Origin: Macrostomum hystrix
Lineage: Eukaryota; Animalia; Platyhelminthes
NCBI GenBank assembly: GCA_950097015.1
Contig: CATNEN010000032.1
Location: 1 to 64,000, forward strand
DNA: 64,000 nt
Direction: 5' to 3'
The first letter of the stretch is position 1. Each line of letters opens with the position of its first letter. Shown one piece after another: positions 59,157-64,000 of the stretch. A program made the translations under genes and the position numbers. The notes beneath the pieces were generated by a model, which did not search any database, was not told the origin of the DNA, and was given only the letters and a program-made list of their open reading frames with translations.

Positions 59157-60045
59157 TGCCATTCCAGGTTCTAGAACTGCCATTCCAGGTTCTAGATCTG
59201 CCATTCCAGGTTCTAGATCTGCCATTCCAGGTTCTAGATCTGCCATTCCAGGTTCTAGATCTGCCATTCCAGGTTCTAGATCTGTCATTCCAGGTTCTAG
59301 ATCTGCCATTCCAGATTCTAGGTCTGTCATTCCAGGTTCTAGATCTGCCATTCCAGATTCTAGGTTTGTCATTCCAGGTTCTAGGTCTGTCATTCCTGAT
59401 ATTTGTTCTGTCATTCCAGTTTCTAGATCTGCCATTCAAGGTTCTAGATCTGTCATTCAAGGTTCTAGATCTGCCATTCCAGATTCTAGGTCTGTCATTC
59501 CAAATTCTAGATCTGCCTTTCCAGATTCTAGATCTGCCATTCCAGGTTCTAGATCTGCCATTCCAGGTTCTAGATCTGTCATTCCAGGTTCTAGGTCTGC
59601 CATTCCAGATTCTAGGTCTGCCATTCCAGGTTCTAGATCTGTCATTCAAGGTTCTAGGTCTGCCATTCCTGATTCTAGGTCTGTCATTCCTGATTCTAGT
59701 TCTGTCATTCCAGGTTCTAGATCTGCCATTCAAGGTTCTAGATCTGTCATTCAAGGTTCTGGATCTGCCATTCCAGATTCTAGGTCTGCCATTCCAGGTT
59801 CTAGATCTGTCATTCAAGGTTCTAGGTCTGCCATTCCTGATTCTACGTTTGTCATTCCTGGTTCTAGTTCTGTCATTCCAGGTTCTAGATCTGTCATTCA
59901 AGGTTCTGGATCTGTCATTCAAGGTTCTGGATCTGCCATTCCAGATTCTAGGTTTGTCATTCCAGGTTCTAGGTCTGTCATTCCAGGTTCTAGGTCTGTC
60001 ATTCCTGATTCTAGCTCTGTCATTCCATGTTCATCTGTCATGCCT
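59157..60045. repeat. 21-bp minisatellite (CCATTCCAGGTTCTAGATCTG)n
   Basis: Directly visible. Confidence 0.96.
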
Positions 60046-60549
60046 GATGTCTTTCATAAAACGAATTTTTTTAATCAAAGCAAATAAACATAATTAGCTG
60101 CAACACGATCATTAATACTGATGTGTTTGTTGTAGAACAAGCTCGTTGTTTTGTGCAAATAGAGCATCAATGTAGTCCTACTGACTAATTTATCTTAATA
60201 GAAAATGGTAGAAAAAACGCAAGCAGTATATTTTAGCATATAGAGTATTTTTCAAGCACTTTAGCAGGTATCGCTTCCTGAATTGAGTGAAGGGTTTGTA
60301 AATAAGAACAGGTTAGTGAATTTTGTGCAGCTGCTAGTATCTTCGCAAAGTGACAAGGCTAAAGAGTTTGTACTCAAGAAATTCTCACATTGAGTCCTGA
60401 TTACAATAAGCGATTGTTGTTTTGTGAGTTGCTCTCATTGTATGGGGTTCTGTTGAATCTATATGTCTATGGCCTAACCATATGTACTCAATGTTGAGCG
60501 AAATGAATCGGGTAGATGGGAGAATAGGTTGAGTCAGCTCCACCCACTG

Positions 60550-60864
60550 TCACTGTCCGGATGTCAGGCGTCGCTGCTCGCGCTCACAGTCGCCTCCCTG
60601 AACCTCGCGACCCTCCTCGGCCAGCAGCCGCTGCAGCGCGCTGATGTAGGCGATTGCGCCGCGCAGTATTTGCACCTTGCTCAGCCGCCTGGCAGTCTGC
60701 ATTTCTTTGTTGCCATGCGGCAGTGACTCCAGCAGTCTGGCGTATCCGGCGTTCACGCAGCGGACGCGCTCGCGTTCCCGTTCGTTTCGGCGTTGCGTCA
60801 GAGCCGCCCCGCTGCAGCCGCAGCTGCTGGCTGGCTGGTGGGAATGACAGTGCTCCATAGACAT
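60550..60864 (-). CDS. Achaete-scute family bHLH transcription factor (ASCL3/4/5-like), single exon, 104 aa
   Basis: [25 protein letters not shown]...[23 protein letters not shown] is a complete ASC bHLH. RVRCVNxGYARL is typical of the ASCL3/4/5 (ASCb) subgroup. Confidence 0.88.
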   Translation of the reverse strand: MSMEHCHSHQPASSCGCSGAALTQRRNERERERVRCVNAGYARLLESLPHGNKEMQTARRLSKVQILRGAIAYISALQRLLAEEGREVQGGDCEREQRRLTSGQ

Positions 60865-62309
60865 CTAGAGATGGCTGAGCTGTCGACTGTCTGAGGACTC
60901 ATGCCTGGCCTGCCTAAGCCGAACTTATTGTTGTCCCCCAGTGCTTGCTCACTCCTTACCTACCGCAAGCCTCAGCAACTTCCCTATTGGCTGTGGCCGT
61001 CCCGCCCTTGTGTCAGGCCCGCGATTGGAAGGCTCGCATCGATAGAATCCCATTGTCTGTGCTCCTTGTCTCCGTAGTGTCACTCAATATGCGTGCATCT
61101 CGAAAGTCTCGAAATCAATTTTGGCATATTTTAATTTATCAAAATAAAGCTAATAACTCGTATAGTTAGAGGGGCTTTGTGCTCTCATGTACGCAGGCAC
61201 ACACTTATACAGGTGTGTACATCTGCCCCGACTCTTCTTGGCTCAAATAGGTCAATGCTCATGTTCTTGAAGTCCTGAAATTTAAACTCGTAAATTCTTG
61301 TTAAGCTAGTAAGGCTGCATCGGTAGATATCGACTTAAAAGTACTAGTCTATTTATTCTTTAAATAAGAATTATAGATGTTTCAACTAATCTTTTGTCTT
61401 TTAAGCTCGTACAATAAAACCTTAAATATGCCTACCAGGTAGACACACCTGGCACACACACACTCACACCAGCGTTATATGATTGCTGTCGCGAGCCAAA
61501 TCAAACTTCAAGTGGACTTGGCCACTAGCTGCTGTCCACAAAATTCTCTAACTGTCTGCACGAGCTCTGAGCGAGTAATTTCTATACAACCATCAATAAT
61601 GAAGATGTGGTCTTTGCCAGAGCTTGATCTCTCTACTCAACTCCTCGGTAATTGGGAAGAAATGGGGCCAGACGACTCATTAAGGAGCACTTCAGACTGC
61701 GCATTGTTTGCTTTGAAAGAAAAAAAGCAAAAAAGCACTCGGGCAATAGCGAAACTGAACATTTGAATGACATTTCGAGTTGAAAATGCATCGATTACAC
61801 CCCGAGCTGTCAGTAAACTATTCTCAGATTTTTATATTTTATTTATTGTGCCAATTTTAACAGGTCAAAGTACCTGAGGGGATTATGCAACAGGCAGATG
61901 TGAAACACGACCTTTATCAAAGGCTCCTGAAATCCCTGCTTTGCCAGCAATTGTCAGCTAGATCTTGTCATCAAATTGAGGTCTGTTTACCCCAGACAAA
62001 CAGACACACTCAGGCCTCCGTAAGCCCAAAACTGGGCCAGAGAAAAGCTCCAATCGCCTATGAAATCCCACCTCTATCTGGGGAAGTATGGATGAGTTTA
62101 TTTTGTCCCCACCGAACACAATACGAGTATGATGTTCAACCCACTCTTTTCTTTTGTGTACCAGACTCCATATTATAATTCTGCTCCTGTCTCCTAAGTC
62201 TGCAAATAACTGCCAGAACAATGAGCCCACCGCTCATTGTGTATCAGGATCAAAACTGCTTCTGCCGAATAAACTCTAATTTGATCTGTGAAAATATTCC
62301 TGTAACTCG

Positions 62310-63055
62310 CGTCCTGCCCGTCCCACTCTCATCTCTGCCCGTCCCACTCTCATCTCTGCCCGTCCCACTCTCATCTCTGCCTGTCCCACTCTCATCTCTG
62401 CCCGTCCCACTCTCATCTCTGCCCGTCCCACACTCATCTCTGCCTGTCCCACACTCATCTCTACCTGTCCCACTCTCATCTCTGCCCGTCCCACTCTCAT
62501 CTCTACCTGTCCCACTCTCATCTCTGCCTGTCCCACTCTCATCTCTGCCCGTCCCACTCTCATCTCTGCCCGTCCCACACTCATCTCTGCCTGTCCCACT
62601 CTCATCTCTGCCTGTCCCACTCTCATCTCTGCCCGTCCCACACTCATCTCTGCCTGTCCCACTCTCATCTCTGCCTGTCCCACTCTCATCTCTGCCCGTC
62701 CCACTCTCATCTCTACCTGTCCCACTCTCATCTCTGCCTGTCCCACTCTCATCTCTGCCCGTCCCACTCTCATCTCTACCTGTCCCACTCTCATCTCTGC
62801 CCGTCCCACTCTCATCTCTACCTGTCCCACTCTCATCTCTGCCTGTCCCACTCTCATCTCTACCTGTCCCACTCTCATCTCTGCCCGTCTCACTCTCATC
62901 TCTACCTGTCCCACTCTCATCTCTGCCTGTCCCACTCTCATCTCTGCCCGTCTCACTCTCATCTCAGTCTGTCTCACTCTCAGTCTCATCTCATCTCAGT
63001 CTGTCTCACTCTCAGTCTCATCTCATCTCAGTCTGTCTCACTCTCATCTTAGTCT
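62310..63055. repeat. 21-bp pyrimidine-rich minisatellite (GTCCCACTCTCATCTCTGCCY)n decaying into TCTCA-type repeats
   Basis: Directly visible. Confidence 0.95.
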
Positions 63056-63629
63056 GTCTTTCCTCATCAGTTTGGCCACCCTCATGCGATGTGGTGCTCT
63101 ACAGTCATCCAAATCAAATGTGTCTGAAGTGGACGCTAGCAAAGTCTCTGCTAATCAGATGGGAAAACAAAGACCAAAGAGATTTAGTCTGCGTGAAATG
63201 ACCATCAATTTCGGTCGAGTGGAATTATTATATTAGTCGTTCTGTCTGTCCAACGCTTTGTTTATAAAAGCAATTTGTTACAATAAAAGAACGTCTGCTA
63301 GTTACCTGAACTAACAGTTTAGGCTGGATTTAGCCTGAATCCTTGTAGCCCATCCTATTGCGAGTAGAATAATTTTTTGAGACCATGAGCCTCTATTCAG
63401 AGCAATTGTGTGGTTTATACTCGTAATAAAAACGAACACAGTGAAATCAAACCGATCCAGGTATATTTATTAAAAAAGACCAAACTATAACAAAAATATT
63501 ACAGTAAAAATGTATACTTATGCATAGCAGACACGACATAAATAGTAATGAATCGAAATCACAAAACATAAGCCTAAAAAAGAAATGAAAACAGAGTTCT
63601 TCTGTGCGAGCTAGACTAAAATCATTTGT

Positions 63630-64000
63630 ACATGCACACGCGATCCAGCCAATTACCCCACCTCAGAGATGTACACGCGATCTAGCCAATCACCCCACCT
63701 CAGAGATGTACACGCGATCCAGCCAATCACCCCACCTCAGAGATGTACACGCGATCCAGCCAATCACCCCACCTCAGAGATGTACACGCGATCTAGCCAA
63801 TCACCCCACCTCAGAGATGCACACGCGATCCAGCCAATCACCCCACCTCAGAGATGTACACGCGATCCAGCCAATCACCCCACCTCAGAGATGTACACGC
63901 GATCCAGCCAATCACCCCACCTCAGAGATGTACACGCGATCCAGCCAATCACCCCACCTCAGAGATGTACACGCGATCCAGCCAATCACCCCACCTCAGA
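63630..64000. repeat. 37-bp minisatellite (TGTACACGCGATCCAGCCAATCACCCCACCTCAGAGA)n, continues past the right edge
   Basis: About 10 copies directly visible. Confidence 0.96.

Noticed and set aside
57245-63201. 300-400-aa repeat ORFs (LPDPQIGIFI, IPGSRSA, LPVPLSS, EMRVGQA)
   Set aside because: Stop-free minisatellite monomers with lengths divisible by 3; open in multiple frames, with no splice or non-repeat coding context.

Overview
Eukaryotic (animal, probably invertebrate; species cannot be determined from sequence alone) genomic DNA with GT-AG introns. Left to right: (1) 1-4990, a non-LTR retrotransposon on the minus strand with a complete-looking 5' end and open ORFs (LOA-like: ORF1, then APE endonuclease-RT-RNase H ORF2 running off the left edge). 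(2) 4991-30879, about 26 kb that looks like plain satellite but resolves into at least seven head-to-tail non-autonomous Helitron-type units. They are joined at CTAG|TC junctions, have 3' hairpins 12 nt from the end, and carry expanded 18-bp and 23-bp tandem arrays with unit-specific higher-order periods. (3) 31229-40050, the standout: a three-exon minus-strand gene predicted to encode one 2784-aa protein. It fuses a CxxC..CxxC zinc module, a Dicer/RIG-I-type DExD/H helicase, a cellular-type RNA-dependent RNA polymerase (DLDGD), a Cid1/TUTase-type nucleotidyltransferase (GS..DxD..D), a KH-like segment and an unassigned C-terminal region, i.e. the activities of an RNAi amplification complex in one polypeptide. 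(4) 41-51 kb, a candidate small secreted Cys-rich peptide and two tandem CAP(SCP/TAPS)-EGF genes. (5) 52-56 kb, a four-exon MEIOB orthologue with a CORE-type SINE and minisatellites in its introns. (6) 56-64 kb, several minisatellites around a single-exon achaete-scute (ASCL3/4/5-like) bHLH gene. All domain calls are by-eye motif recognition; no searches were run.
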